Assembly: GCA_017499595.2 (NCBI GenBank)
Contig: CM039001.1
Location: 3,224,001-3,288,000 of the forward strand
From: Psilocybe cubensis
Lineage: Eukaryota
DNA: 64,000 nt
Direction of reading: 5' to 3'
Under the pieces are notes generated by a model. It was not told where the DNA came from and did no database searches. It saw only the letters and a list, made by a program, of their open reading frames with translations. Positions 1 to 11,699 of the stretch are shown one piece after another (the stretch's first letter is position 1; each line of letters starts with the position of its first letter). Both the position numbers and the translations under genes were made by a program.

Positions 1-1067
1 AAAGCAGTGCCAATTCTCAACGTTTCTAGATGTGGCAAAACGAACGACGGATGCGATCGAGGATGAAAGTCTAGTGACAATGACCGCAGCTCCAACGTGT
101 GCAGTTTCGAAGTGGTTAGATACTTTAGCAACCATTGGGCACCGTAAGTGGTTATGTCGCTGATTACCGTGAGTTGTTCGATGCTCCGTGATGCGACTGT
201 TGGCACCAGTGGCCGCAGTAGGCGCGCGTCGCCTGTCCATTGCAGCGATTTGAGCTTTGGATACACCTCGGACGACCTAACAGAACCGTTGTCAAGGGCT
301 ATAGCCGATATCAAAGCCTCTACATTAGGTCTACTTGACACGTGTAGACTCATAGGGAAATTCAAAGAAATGGATTGAATTGTATCCCCATAAACGGCCT
401 CGAACCAATGCAGAAGCCACAAAACAGCTTTGTATGGTTTTGCAGCAAACACATGAAAAAGGTCGGCGGAGTCTGTAACAACAAGTTCCAGACTAGAAAC
501 CTTTGTATCGTCTTTCCAAGACCCAAATTCACAGTTCATTTCTTCAGGAGAGGGAGGTTCCATACCCCCGATTGTGACCCGCAGCGTTTCGGTGTCTTCC
601 GAATAGTTAATAATGGCGGTTGATGAAACGAGGGCCCAAAGGTCAGCTGGTATGGTCTGGTATAAGATTTCCTTCAAGCAAGGAGCACTCTGTTGTTCGG
701 AGTCGCCAATTGAAGAGGGTATTGATGGGGGAGAAAGATCTTGGCTCAGGAGAAGAAGAGACTCTTGAAAGTAACCTTTGCTACGGGCCACGGTGGAAGC
801 CAGGAAAGTAGCGTTGTCGCCGTCTGCATTATTATCTTCAAAGGATGGAAGCGCATCAAGACACAGAGCGTCCGTCTCCGGAGAACAGTCAACTGAAAGT
901 TCTTTTGGCAGAATTATTGGGATGGTAGGCGAAATCAAATCGGACGCATTGGTGCATGTGTACGCAAGCTTCGAGGTTGGCGTCCTGAGCACAAAGTTCC
1001 TTTTGGGAGTATATGTCAATGACTTGCGCGGAGACATGGAAGTGGCATTGCTGGCTTGTTTTGACAT
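1..1067 (-). CDS. Agaric LRR/RNI-like protein (F-box-associated type), running off the left edge
   Basis: Manual translation from ATG 1067 gives a stop-free frame to position 1 (>350 aa), absent from the ORF track because it has no stop. It has LRR-like units such as YPKLKSLQW, SIEQLTV, KLHTLELRSL and LPHLETLRI. Confidence 0.6.
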   Translation of the reverse strand, partial: MSKQASNATSMSPRKSLTYTPKRNFVLRTPTSKLAYTCTNASDLISPTIPIILPKELSVDCSPETDALCLDALPSFEDNNADGDNATFLASTVARSKGYFQESLLLLSQDLSPPSIPSSIGDSEQQSAPCLKEILYQTIPADLWALVSSTAIINYSEDTETLRVTIGGMEPPSPEEMNCEFGSWKDDTKVSSLELVVTDSADLFHVFAAKPYKAVLWLLHWFEAVYGDTIQSISLNFPMSLHVSSRPNVEALISAIALDNGSVRSSEVYPKLKSLQWTGDARLLRPLVPTVASRSIEQLTVISDITTYGAQWLLKYLTTSKLHTLELRSLSLDFHPRSHPSFVLPHLETLRIGTA

Positions 1068-3137
1068 TTTTGACGGGTGGGTGGCTGCGTGAAGTTGACA
1101 ATGTCTATGCAACAAAGAGAAAGGAAGAAAGGATAAAATAACCAAAAAGTACTTATTCAACGCTTTTATACTTCTCAATGCTTGATGGGTGCCACATAGT
1201 AATGAGTGCCATTGCTAATCGTGATGGGCCAACATGGGGACACAGCTGGCCCGCGCTTAGTCTAAGACTTACGCAAGAGTGGCACTTAAAGAGGCTAGCC
1301 GGGCAATATACAAACCGTTTTTTTGGCGGCATAGTCAATTATTAAAGACATATACACACAAATGATAAGGCTTACGATTTGTTAAGTCAATCGTGCGTAT
1401 GTGGTCATTCGGATACGTCCTGGCCCCGTCCTCCACGTTGGAGGTGGGCCCACAAATTAGATAGTAATTGATATACAACTATTTTTTGGAGTTAGTGGTG
1501 AATTCAGAATTGTTATACGCACTCGACCATGATTTAAACGCTCAAGTTGGAGATTCCGCTCGAAGTTGACCATGATGGTTGAGGTTAAGTCGGCATCGGT
1601 GATTACATTTACCGATCCTGGGGATAAGGCCTATTATAGTATTAAATCACATGACCTTGATGCAAGGCGCCTCTGGCCCCTGTATATATATAGACAGCGT
1701 GAGAGGGAAAAGTTAAAGATATGCTGCATGTAAGGATTTTCGAGAACAAACTTATCTATAACACTGCACAATTAGCTCTATAAGTCAATAGAGTATCCGT
1801 AAAAAGCTTCCTAATTAAATTTAAAATTGAATGGGAGCGATACATGCACAGTCTCGACTTTGTCAAGTCAACTCCATCAACCATTGACGTACGGGCAACT
1901 CGAAATATACGATGCATGGCTAGCGGGGGCAGTATCTATCTAAATATGCTATAGCTGTGCTCCTCGGCCTCCGTATTCTGGAGATACTTTCTCAGCCTTA
2001 TCATTCAACAAAAAACGCTCACATCGGGACCGTTTCCCATTTGTTGGGTCGCAGCACAATGATGGTATAAGGTGTATTTCACTGGACACAATTAAAGTCA
2101 TTATATCGATTCTTTTATCACCGACTTTACACTTGCGCCTCACTATCATGTCTTTACAGTCTTGCATTCATCAGACCGTTCCATAAACGTTAAGAGTTCA
2201 AGAACGACTCCAACGCTGGCATTCACGTCCGAGTCAATCGCGTCGATCTATGGATGCTATGTAATATTTATGTCAAATCAAGTCCTAATCTCCACATGCG
2301 CCGAGTCATGGCCGACCTCAGCTGATGGGCTATCCGCCTCATAGTATACGCCGGACAGTGGCGAAAAGGCCCCGTCGACATCTTCACAATTTGTGCGTTC
2401 GTGCGGGAAAGTTGCACACGTATTAGCATGCAGGGTTTCGTTATTTTCTCTCGAGTACCGCTTAAATGTGACATGGAAGGCGGAAGCAGATTATTTTGTA
2501 CGTGGTGTATTTATATTCTGCTGCATCTGCCGCGGGATAGATATCGTTTATTATTGTAGCTATTACATTTAATTGTGGCGATGGGTAACTTCAACGCTCA
2601 GAAGGCGGATTGTAAAATCTTCGCCGAGACTCCACCGGCACCTCTTATGTGGTCATCGCCCAGGGAGCACGTCAGGCGAGAGACATACCAGCTAGAACCA
2701 CCTTAACCGTTCTCTCTTGGTTCTCTCTCCAACCTCTAACAATGCAGAGTGAATAATCGTCTGTTAACAATCAAACGGTTCCCTGAAGCTAGAAGTTCCG
2801 TTAATTTTCTCGATCCCATCCTGTGAGGAGCGAATCAAACCGCAATCACACAGGGTCTGCACCAGCAGCTGACCTTTTTATACCAGTGTTTCACCCACCT
2901 TATCACACGCTTGTGAGATATCTTACGTCCTTGTAGAACCCTCGCTACTGTTTGCTTCCTCAACGGGCCCGCGACAGCTGAAAATTCATGATTAATCAGT
3001 CGAATGTCATTATCAGGACAATGAAGTGCGAAAATCATATAAATATTGGGATGGAGGACCTGTCCAACCTAACCTGCTTCTGTTTGTTTTCGCAGCATCT
3101 GCATACCTATTACCTGCTACACTCTACCACCGTTACG

Positions 3138-5656
3138 ATGTCAGGGCTGCTCTCCAAAGCGTCCGCCATCTTCATCACGTACCCTGTATATACCTTTGTC
3201 CTAGGCACACTTGTATATGCACTCGTTGTGAAGATCCTCTTGGGGAAATCGCGGTACCTCAAACGCAACCCCCGCAACCTCCCCCTGCCGCCGGGCCCCA
3301 AGGGGTACCCGATCATCGGCAACCTGTTCGATGTGCCGAAGGATAAACCGTGGGTTGGGTACAGCGAGTGGACGAAAACCTATGGTGCGTGACTTGCATT
3401 TTTTCCACTTTGTTATTGGCATGACGTTGCTCGTTGCGTGCACCGTGCTCGATGTCAATGGGATAGCGGTTAAATGATGTTCGTGTGTGACAGGGGACAT
3501 GATATATTTCGAAGTGCTCGGTCAGCCTTTCATCGTCCTGAACTCTCTGCAGCGCACAATCGACCTTTTTGACAAACGCTCCTCGAACTATTCGGACAGG
3601 ATGCGTATGCCCATGGTGCTAGAGCTGTAATAATTTTTTTCTTAATTGCCCCTCCCTTATCCTTTTTCTGACAACGATCTGGAAAAGGATGGACTGGGAC
3701 TACAACATGGCTATGCTCCCGTACGGGCAATGGTGGCGACGCCACCGCCGCGCGTTCACCGAGCACTTCCACCACAACATCGTGTGGAAGTACCAGCCGA
3801 CCCAGCTTCGCGAGACGCGCGCGTTCCTCCACCGCCTGCTAACCACACCCGAGAACTTCATGCACCACATCCGACAGTAAGCCCTTTCCCTCATCCTACC
3901 GAATACCATGTAATTTTTTGACATGGTTTTCAACAGCACGTTTGCAGCGACGATCATGAGCGTCGCATACGGCATTACGATCAAGGACACCGAGGATCCG
4001 TACATCTCCAATGCCGAAGAGGCACTCATGGGCCTTGCGGAGGCAGGCATCCCAGGATCCTTCCTCGTCGACCTCATGCCCTGGCTGAAGTACATTCCCG
4101 CGTGGTTCCCTGGAGCGGGCTTCCAGCGCAAAGCCGCACATTGGCGCAAAGTCAACGCGGACGTCGCGCAGAAGCCGTTCAAATTCGCTGAAGAGGAACT
4201 GGTTCGTGTCGTTCATTTCGTTTTTCGTTTTTCTTTAGTCGCTATTTTGAAATTTTGCAGTGTTTTTGTTTTGCTTTTGTTGGCCATTTATTAACATTTT
4301 TTGGTGGTGCAGCAAAAGGGAACAGCAGTGCCTTCGCTTTCATCCACGCTAATAGAGAGATTACCGGACAAGAGCGATCCATACTACGCCGAGGAGCGTA
4401 AAATCGCACAGGACACCGCAGCAGTCGCATACGTCGGTACGCAGCCCTCCTAATACAAATATGTCCACTGACGGCGAAATGCTGACAATACACCACACAG
4501 GCGGCGCAGATACCGTAAGTTCCGCATCATCTCGACGTCCTCTCACCTTATTTTACCTCATTTCATTCTACCCAATTTCACCCCTGCGCGTAGACTGTAT
4601 CAACAGTACAATCCTTCTTCCTCGCTATGGCGCTTTACCCAGACGTACAAAAAAGGGCACAAGCAGAACTAGACGCCGTCGTAGGCCGCGGACGGCTACC
4701 CGAATTTAGCGACCGCGACGCGATGCCCTATGTTAACGCGCTAGTCAAGGAGAGTGTGCGTTGGAATCAGGTTATCCCGCTCGGTGAGTAGCTCTAGCTC
4801 GCAATTTTTGTTCAGAGCAGCGAGTACCAGATATAGCATGATTTTTTCTGACTGTGTCTTCTCCTTCTCGCCGATTTCAGCTGTGGGACATATGGCGACA
4901 GAGGATGATGAGTACGATGGATATTTTATCCCGCGTGGGACAGTGGTTATGGGAAACGGGTGGTGCGTCTTCATTTTCTTCGTAGCTTTCCTCAGGCTAC
5001 CTTTACTTATGCATCATAACCTCAACCAAATCCATAACAACCCGAATACATAGGGCAATACTGCACGACCCAGAAGTGTTCGAGGACCCGATGGAGTTCC
5101 GCCCTGAGAGATACTTGAAGGACGGCCAGTTAGACCCGGACGCGCGTAATCCAGACTGCGCAGCGTTCGGGTATGGAAGGCGGTACGTGTTTCTCATGCT
5201 GGTCTCTCTCCTCCTCCCATTTGCTCGACGTAACAGAGAGCGGAGAGTTCATCGATTCGTTGGTGATCATGGAGCTGACTGAATGAATGAATTTTTAATA
5301 CGAACAGCAAATGCCCTGGAAGACACATGAGCGACAACGCACTTTACTCTATTGTAGCCTCTGTATTGTCTGTGTACGATATCACACCCCCGCGCGACGA
5401 GTCGGGGAAGATGGTACAACTTAAAGCGGAGTTTACGAGTGGGCTGTTGTCGTGAGTATTCTGACTTTTTTTTGGTTGCCCATTCTGTTTCTCTTTGTCC
5501 TCTTTCTCTCTTTGTCGCTTATGTGCCATTCGAGGTGTGGATACATCGCCTGACCAATTATTTTTGCGTGGCTGTAGGTACCCTGCGCCGTTCGAATGTG
5601 TGATCAAGCCCAGAAGTCCAGAGGCGGAGGCATTGATTCGGGACTGTGTCGAGTAA
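3138..5656 (+). CDS. Cytochrome P450, multi-exon (CYP64-clan type typical of agarics)
   Basis: N-terminal TM helix, then PPGPKGYPIIGN. I-helix AYVGGADT with a 14-nt microexon (4501-4514), ExxR (KESVRW), FRPERY, and heme motif FGYGRR|KCPG across an intron. Stop TAA at 5654-5656. Confidence 0.95.
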
Positions 5657-6354
5657 AGGAGAATAGAGGAATCTATAAAGAGATCATTGGCGGTTCCGAG
5701 GTGCCAGGGACGTGTGGTGTGGTGCGATGTGGCGTCGCATGTTGTATTTTCTCCACATTATTCGTCTCCATCTCCGAGTCGACAGTCAAGAAGCAAGAGC
5801 CTAGAATCCAGATATTTTTGCGTAATTTCCAAGTCTTGAAGCTTGAAGGACAGCGGACTTGTAGATATATCATCACCAATTGGCCCCACTGATCACTTTT
5901 GGTACACTTAGAAATACAGTGACTTGGTAAATCATCTGTAGGTAGTTTTGCCATGTGCCAGTTCAAAGTTCGATATAATCACTAGCAAGCCTAGAAGATG
6001 TTTTGAGTGTAGGTTTGTGACTTCAGCAAGACGTACTTAGCTACTAGTAGCAGTGGATTGTCGTTCGTTGATTTGTTGTTGATGTCAAAGACAAGATTCA
6101 ATGATCATGATGGTACACAAGCACAACGCCCCCCGATCACAACAAGTTCAAATAAATGAGCGCGCGTAGCGAGACGCGTCAGCTCTTTAAAACAATCCAA
6201 ATCCAAATCTCATCTCATCCTCACACCCCAGAACACAATACCCGTCCCAGCTATAACTCGGATTCTCCACACGAGACAGTAAAGACAACTTGAAAAGATA
6301 CCAAAATCCAAGAACTTATCAAGATAAAACCGACCCAATACCAGCTTGCCCAAG

Positions 6355-7709
6355 ATGCCACTAGAAGCGACGATGCTGATCATCGACAACTCGGAGTACA
6401 TGCGCAACGGTGACTACATGCCAACGCGGTTCGATGCGCAGGCGGACGCGGTCAACATCGTCTTTCAAACCAAATTCGATGCGAATCCTGAGAGCACAGT
6501 AGGCATTATGACTATGGCTGGCAAAGGGCGAGTTTTGGTTTTTGTATTGTATTTAATTGAACCACGCCGGCTGACGTTCTCTGTTAATCTTATACTGTTA
6601 TATTGTTCTTGATGCTATTGCGATCTATGCAACCTACAGCCCTGAAGTACTGGTAACACACACACGCGACCACGGGCCCATCCTCAATGGCGTTCTCGCC
6701 GCTCGCACGAAATCCGGTGGCCTCCCCTCGCTCCCTACCGCACTTTCCGTCGCCCAATTGGCACTCAAACACCGAGAGAACAAGAACTTGCGCCAGCGCA
6801 TCGTGGTGTTCGTCGGCTCACCTGTGGACACAGACGAGGCGGAGATGGTACGTCTTGCAAAGAAGCTGAAGAAGAATAATGTGGCGGTGGATGTGGTTGC
6901 GTTTGGGGATGGGCTAGAGGAGGGTGCGCCTGCAAGGGTGTTGAGGGCGTTTGTGGATAATGTGAATAGTGGTGATAACTCGTGCGTGCCCCTTTTCTTT
7001 CCTTCTTTATTTCTTGTTGTGCGATTAACTGATATTTGGTTTTCTTGATCGCAGGCATTTGGTGACGGTCGCTCCTGGGACACATCTCCTCTCGGACGCA
7101 CTCATCGCGTCGCCGATTCTCTCTGCGGACAGGAGCGCCTCGCTGCCCGAGGAGCTGGGTGGCACCGGGGCCCCTGCTGCTGGCGGATCGAGCGCGGCGA
7201 ATGACTTTGAGTTTGGCGTTGACCCCAGTCTTGACCCCGAGCTGGCGATGGTGAGTTAACAGTGCTTTTATTTGTTTTTTTGGTTAATGTTCTTTGTTCG
7301 TATGTAGGCTTTGCGGATGTCGATGCAGGAGGCGCAGGCGAGGGAGGCGGCGAGCGCGGCTGCGGCTGCGGCTGAGTCGTCTGCGTCGTCGGGAGCGACT
7401 GCATCTGCTGAGACGGCTGCTCCTGCCACGATAAGTGTACCTGCTGAGCCTACGGATGACGAAGAAGAGGCACTTTTGCAGCAAGCGCTGGCAATGTCGA
7501 AAGAAGAACACAATGCAACAGAAGACGCGGACGGTGACGTGGAGATGGACGACGACGACGAAGAAGACGATGATGATGAGGAAGATGAGGACGAGGATGG
7601 CGAGGAGGACGAAGAAGAAGACGAGGATGCGGCGATTGCTCGCGCGATTGAGATGAGCATGCAGACACAGGAGGAGGAGAAAGGGAAGACTGCGCCGAAG
7701 AAGAAGTAA
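6355..7709 (+). CDS. RPN10: 26S proteasome regulatory subunit Rpn10
   Basis: vWA domain [21 protein letters not shown]...[20 protein letters not shown], then [21 protein letters not shown] and UIM motifs. Three GT-AG introns. Confidence 0.96.
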
Positions 7710-8749
7710 TCATCAAAAGTTTTATAAGGACGGAGTTTGTTTTTTTGTATGATTTGCATCGTATGTGTTTGGATTTTTTTTTCTGTGTGTCTATTCTTTC
7801 TTGAAACGATATGTTAGAGGAATCATGGACAGTATCACTACTCATGAGTTTGGCGCTTGCAGACATTGGGCCCGTATCACGAACTTGAGGCGCAACTTAG
7901 GAAAAACATCCCATGCTGCAGCTGCATTGGTGGAGGGTCCTCTTTGTCGTCCTCCGAATAGCTGTATTTCTGAGTTACAACTTCCATGCTTTCGCAGCTA
8001 CTTCGGAAGGTAACAACAAAGATTTCATAACTGCAACTTGGTCGCAATTCTGTTGTCAATTAAAAAATCGAATTCAAACTCTAATTCTGTGTGTTAACGC
8101 GTCTAGTTGATCAGTGCTATGTACCTTCATCGAACCTATGCTGCACGCGCATCCCTCCCCAAAGGTTTTACCCTCGCGCATAGCTCCTTCAAGTACCTTT
8201 TACTCGAGGGTGTCAAAGAAAGGTGAGTCTGGGGGAAACACCCTTTGTCCCAAGCCAAGCTTGATTGTTTAGCAAGGCGAAGGCGTAGCTGCGTGCGGTA
8301 TTATATAACTTGTCGTTGAGTTATCGCAATTGGAACAATAGGTATGTCGGTAGTAGTTGCATTTACGACTCCGTTTCGTCGTTTCCTATTTTGGCACAGC
8401 AATAAATTGACGCGACGCGACGCGTTCGACACGCCAGCTTACCCCCATAGTTTACAATTACAATGGAAAGGTGATCTGGAAACACAAAGCGTCCGTTGGG
8501 CTACGTGTTACATAAAAACGGCATCCGAGAACACATGCATACCGATGGAAAATAGCAGCTTACAGCAGTGTCTGGACCAAGTGGTCATTCATTTTTTGTA
8601 TAAGACATTTTTTAAGTTTTCCGGAGTCTCCAAGTTTCAGGGCCTTGGAGGCGGCCGGGGGACGGCAGGCATCCTGTCCGAAAACTGCTTTCCTACCTAC
8701 CAAATGTTACATTCTAAAAAGGTTTTGAAAGATTTGTAAGACACCTGGA

Positions 8750-10293
8750 AACACTGCCGGCGACGACTACTGTAAGTTGAACAAACAGCCATTGTTTTAC
8801 ATGTTTTATGTAAGTTCAGCTGTAATTTCAACATACAGCCTACTTACACTCAAATAATTTCCTTTATGGAAATTATTTGAGTGTAAGTCATGATGCCATA
8901 TGTCGAACTTACAGCTGAACTTACATAAAACATGTAAAACATGGAAATTATTTGAGTGTAAGTAGGCTGTATGTTGAAATTACAGCTGAACTTACATAAA
9001 ACAGGATTATTCTATTCAGAAACCCCAGAAACCCCTAGAAACCCCTAGAAACCCCAGGGGTTTCTGAATAGTCCTCGAAGTAACATTCTAAACCCCTGCT
9101 TGAACATGCATGGGAGGTTTAAGGTCCGACCTAGCTTTGCTGGTCTGCCGTGTCGTGCCGTCGTCGTCGCCTTTGAGTCAATAGTTGATCGTCTTCATGT
9201 GAATATATTCAATTGTTCAATTTCTGTACGCTAACGTCTCTAGTGCAAGCAATAGTGCCAATGAAACTCAACAAACCCATTCAATGAGCTTTAGAGTCGT
9301 TCAATGGTTATTTATTCAAAGGGATATCATATTTGATGTTTATGAACACCGAGGTAGGGCATCCAGAGTACTAGAGAGTATAGTAGTGGTTTTAGGTACA
9401 AGAAAATACATTATACAGAGGTTTCAGGCTTTTACGTAGTTCTTTTACTGCTTTTTTTATTTTCGAGCGAAGTTGCGCCTACGCACCCGAGTGGCCACTT
9501 GAAACGGCCCGCATGAGAATACAAGCTCCTACTTAATCCGCCGAAGCGGCATTCTGAACATTCATCACACCTTCATCTATTCAGAAACCCCAGAAACCCC
9601 AGAAACCCCATAGAAACCCTCAAAATTCATAAAATCGTTATGAATGTTGTGATGAAGGTGTGATGAATGTTCAGAATGCCGCTACGGCGGATTAAGTAGG
9701 AGCTTGTATTCTCATGCGGGCCGTTTCAAGTGGCCACTCGGGTGCGTAGGCGCAACTTCGCTCGAAAATGAAAAAAGCAGTAAGTGAACAACTTAAAAGC
9801 CTAGAAACCTATGTATAATGTATTTCCTTGTACCTAACACCACTGCTATACTCTCTACTTCCTGTATCTTATAGTGCTCTGGATGCCCTACCTCGGTGTT
9901 CATAAACATCAAATATGATATCCCTTCGAATAAATAACCATTAAACGACTCGAAGGTTCCTGAATGGGTTTGTTGAGTTTTATTGGCACTATGGGTTTCA
10001 TTAGAGACGTTAGCGTACCGGAATTGAACAATTGAATGTATTTACATGAAGACGATCAACTATTGATTCAAAGGCAACAACGACGGCACGACACGGCAGA
10101 CCAGCAAAGCTAGGTCGGACCTTAAACCTCCCATAAATGTTCAAGCAGGGGTTTAGAATGTTGCTTCGAGGACTATTCAGAAACCCCTGGGGTTTCTAGG
10201 GGTTTCTAGGGGTTTCTGGGGTTTCTGAATAGAATAATCCCCTGTAAACAATGGCTGTTTGTTCAACTTACAGCAGTCATCGCCCGAAGTGTT
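8750..10293. mobile_element. Outer palindromic MITE-like element, interrupted by an inner foldback element
   Basis: Left end AACACTGCCGGCGACGACTACTGTAAGTTGAACAAACAGCCATTG is the imperfect reverse complement of 10248-10293. The left arm (to about 8872) is inverted in 8877-8940 and again in 8941-9003. No TSD identified. Confidence 0.7.
9004..10240. mobile_element. About 1.24-kb non-coding foldback element
   Basis: Arms 9004-9577 and 9651-10240 are near-perfect reverse complements (GGATTATTCTATTCAGAAACCCC...GGGGTTTCTGAATAGAATAATCC) around a 73-bp spacer. Subterminal AGAAACCCC(T) repeats also recur in the spacer. Confidence 0.88.
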
Positions 10294-10579
10294 CGAAGAA
10301 CTAAATCATTTTGGTTTGGCTTTGTTTGTCAGCAGTTTTCATCTTTTTTTCTTCTTTTCTTCCAACCTGCTCCTCGATTTTTTCTCTTCACATATGATTT
10401 CTACCTGTGTCTCCACAGGTCTCTACGAATCTTTTGGTGGCTTTCACGAATCTGAGTACGTTCTGTAATCAGGTTTTGAGCTCCTAAAGAACGTTGTGAG
10501 CGAACGGGAGCATCATTGTCAGATACAATGCAAACACCTCACCTCGGCGGCCGTCGCGCCTGGCATGCCTGGCAGCTGG

Positions 10580-10810
10580 GCTAGGTAGGAACTCCCAGAC
10601 GTTGGTGTATGACCAGTTGATAATGGGGTTTACACGTTCGGCTAGGCATGATGGATCTGCACGCCCTGACTTGGGACGCGCTCCGACGCGTTGATCCGTC
10701 CTCAGCTCAGGGATCTCCATTCAGTAACTTTATGAGCGAAGCCTTCCCGCTCGCAGTCGCGCTGCCCGGTTCGTATATGCGCTCCACCTTGATGACATCT
10801 GCGAAGGGTT
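10580..10810 (-). pseudogene. FAD synthetase (FAD1 / PAPS-reductase family) gene fragment
   Basis: Translation RTDQ...ADPSCLAERVNPIINWSYTNVWEFL resembles the FAD1 motif R.NPI..W.Y..VW.FL. The fragment is frame-broken and lies between two mobile elements. Confidence 0.6.
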
Positions 10811-10979
10811 GTCCGGAGGTGTGGTGATTTGGTGAACACGAAATTGAATTTAGGAGGAGGGCCTTGGTGAGTTGTGCATTTTTCATTGGCAATTGTACCC
10901 CACATGACGAGTGCCAAGACGCCTCCAGGTCTTGTGTACATTGAAGGGAGGGTCCAGTCACTTTTTCTGTGCTGACACA

Positions 10980-11366
10980 CAAGGGGGTACGGAAATTAAG
11001 ATGCCGGACACCGGCTAGGTAGGTAGGTTGGCCGCCAGGCCGCGAAAAAAAAATTTAGATATCGTTACATCGTGACTTTTTAGTCACAAATTTGACATTT
11101 TGGAGCAGATAGTCATTGCCCAAAGCAAAATATTTTGCTATGATGACCTTATTCAATCGATTTGGGGGCCATTTTAACTTGATATCAATTGACGCCAATA
11201 ATGTGCCGAGGTAGCGCAAAGATCGGTTGATGAATTTTGAGTCGGAGAATTAAAATGCTTATGTAAATTACTATATATAGAAGGTAGAGGTAGGTAGGTT
11301 GGGCAAATTGCCCTCAAAAAAAAAAACCAACGTCGTGTCCGATTTTTGAAGACCGGTACCCCCTTG
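10980..11366. mobile_element. 387-bp MITE with 11-bp TIR and 8-bp TSD
   Basis: TIR CAAGGGGGTAC/GTACCCCCTTG. Direct repeat CTGACACA at 10972-10979 and 11367-11374. Internal AGGTAGGTAGGTTGG followed by an A-tract occurs twice. Confidence 0.88.
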
Positions 11367-11699
11367 CTGACACATTCAATCTCAAAATAGCCCGCGGTCT
11401 GAGAAGGAAGCGTTTATAAAAAGCAGATCAGGAATCACATCTCACGTCTCCTGGGCTCCTGATTAACGTTTTCACATTTCACCGCATCTTCCTCTCGTTC
11501 GCTCCGAAATAGCACTCGGACCACATTTGCACTTTATCTGACAGCTCTGCGTTGACCCAGAGATCGCTTCGAGTCGCCGAATAACCGGATAGCAAGCGGT
11601 GTATTAAAAACGACGCAAAGTAGTCTTAGATTCTTAACGGCCAACCTCAACTCCCAGCCCCCAATTTAAACACCCATCCACAATTGAGAAACGAGAACT

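Noticed and set aside
8566-8756. Possible extra MITE bounded by CAGTGT...ACACTG
   Set aside because: Only a 6-bp inverted match, no TSD, and the right end overlaps the outer palindrome.
9018-9066. AGAAACCCCT repeats as telomere or CRISPR-like repeats
   Set aside because: The unit is not TTAGGG-type and has no unique spacers. The repeats are subterminal parts of the foldback element.
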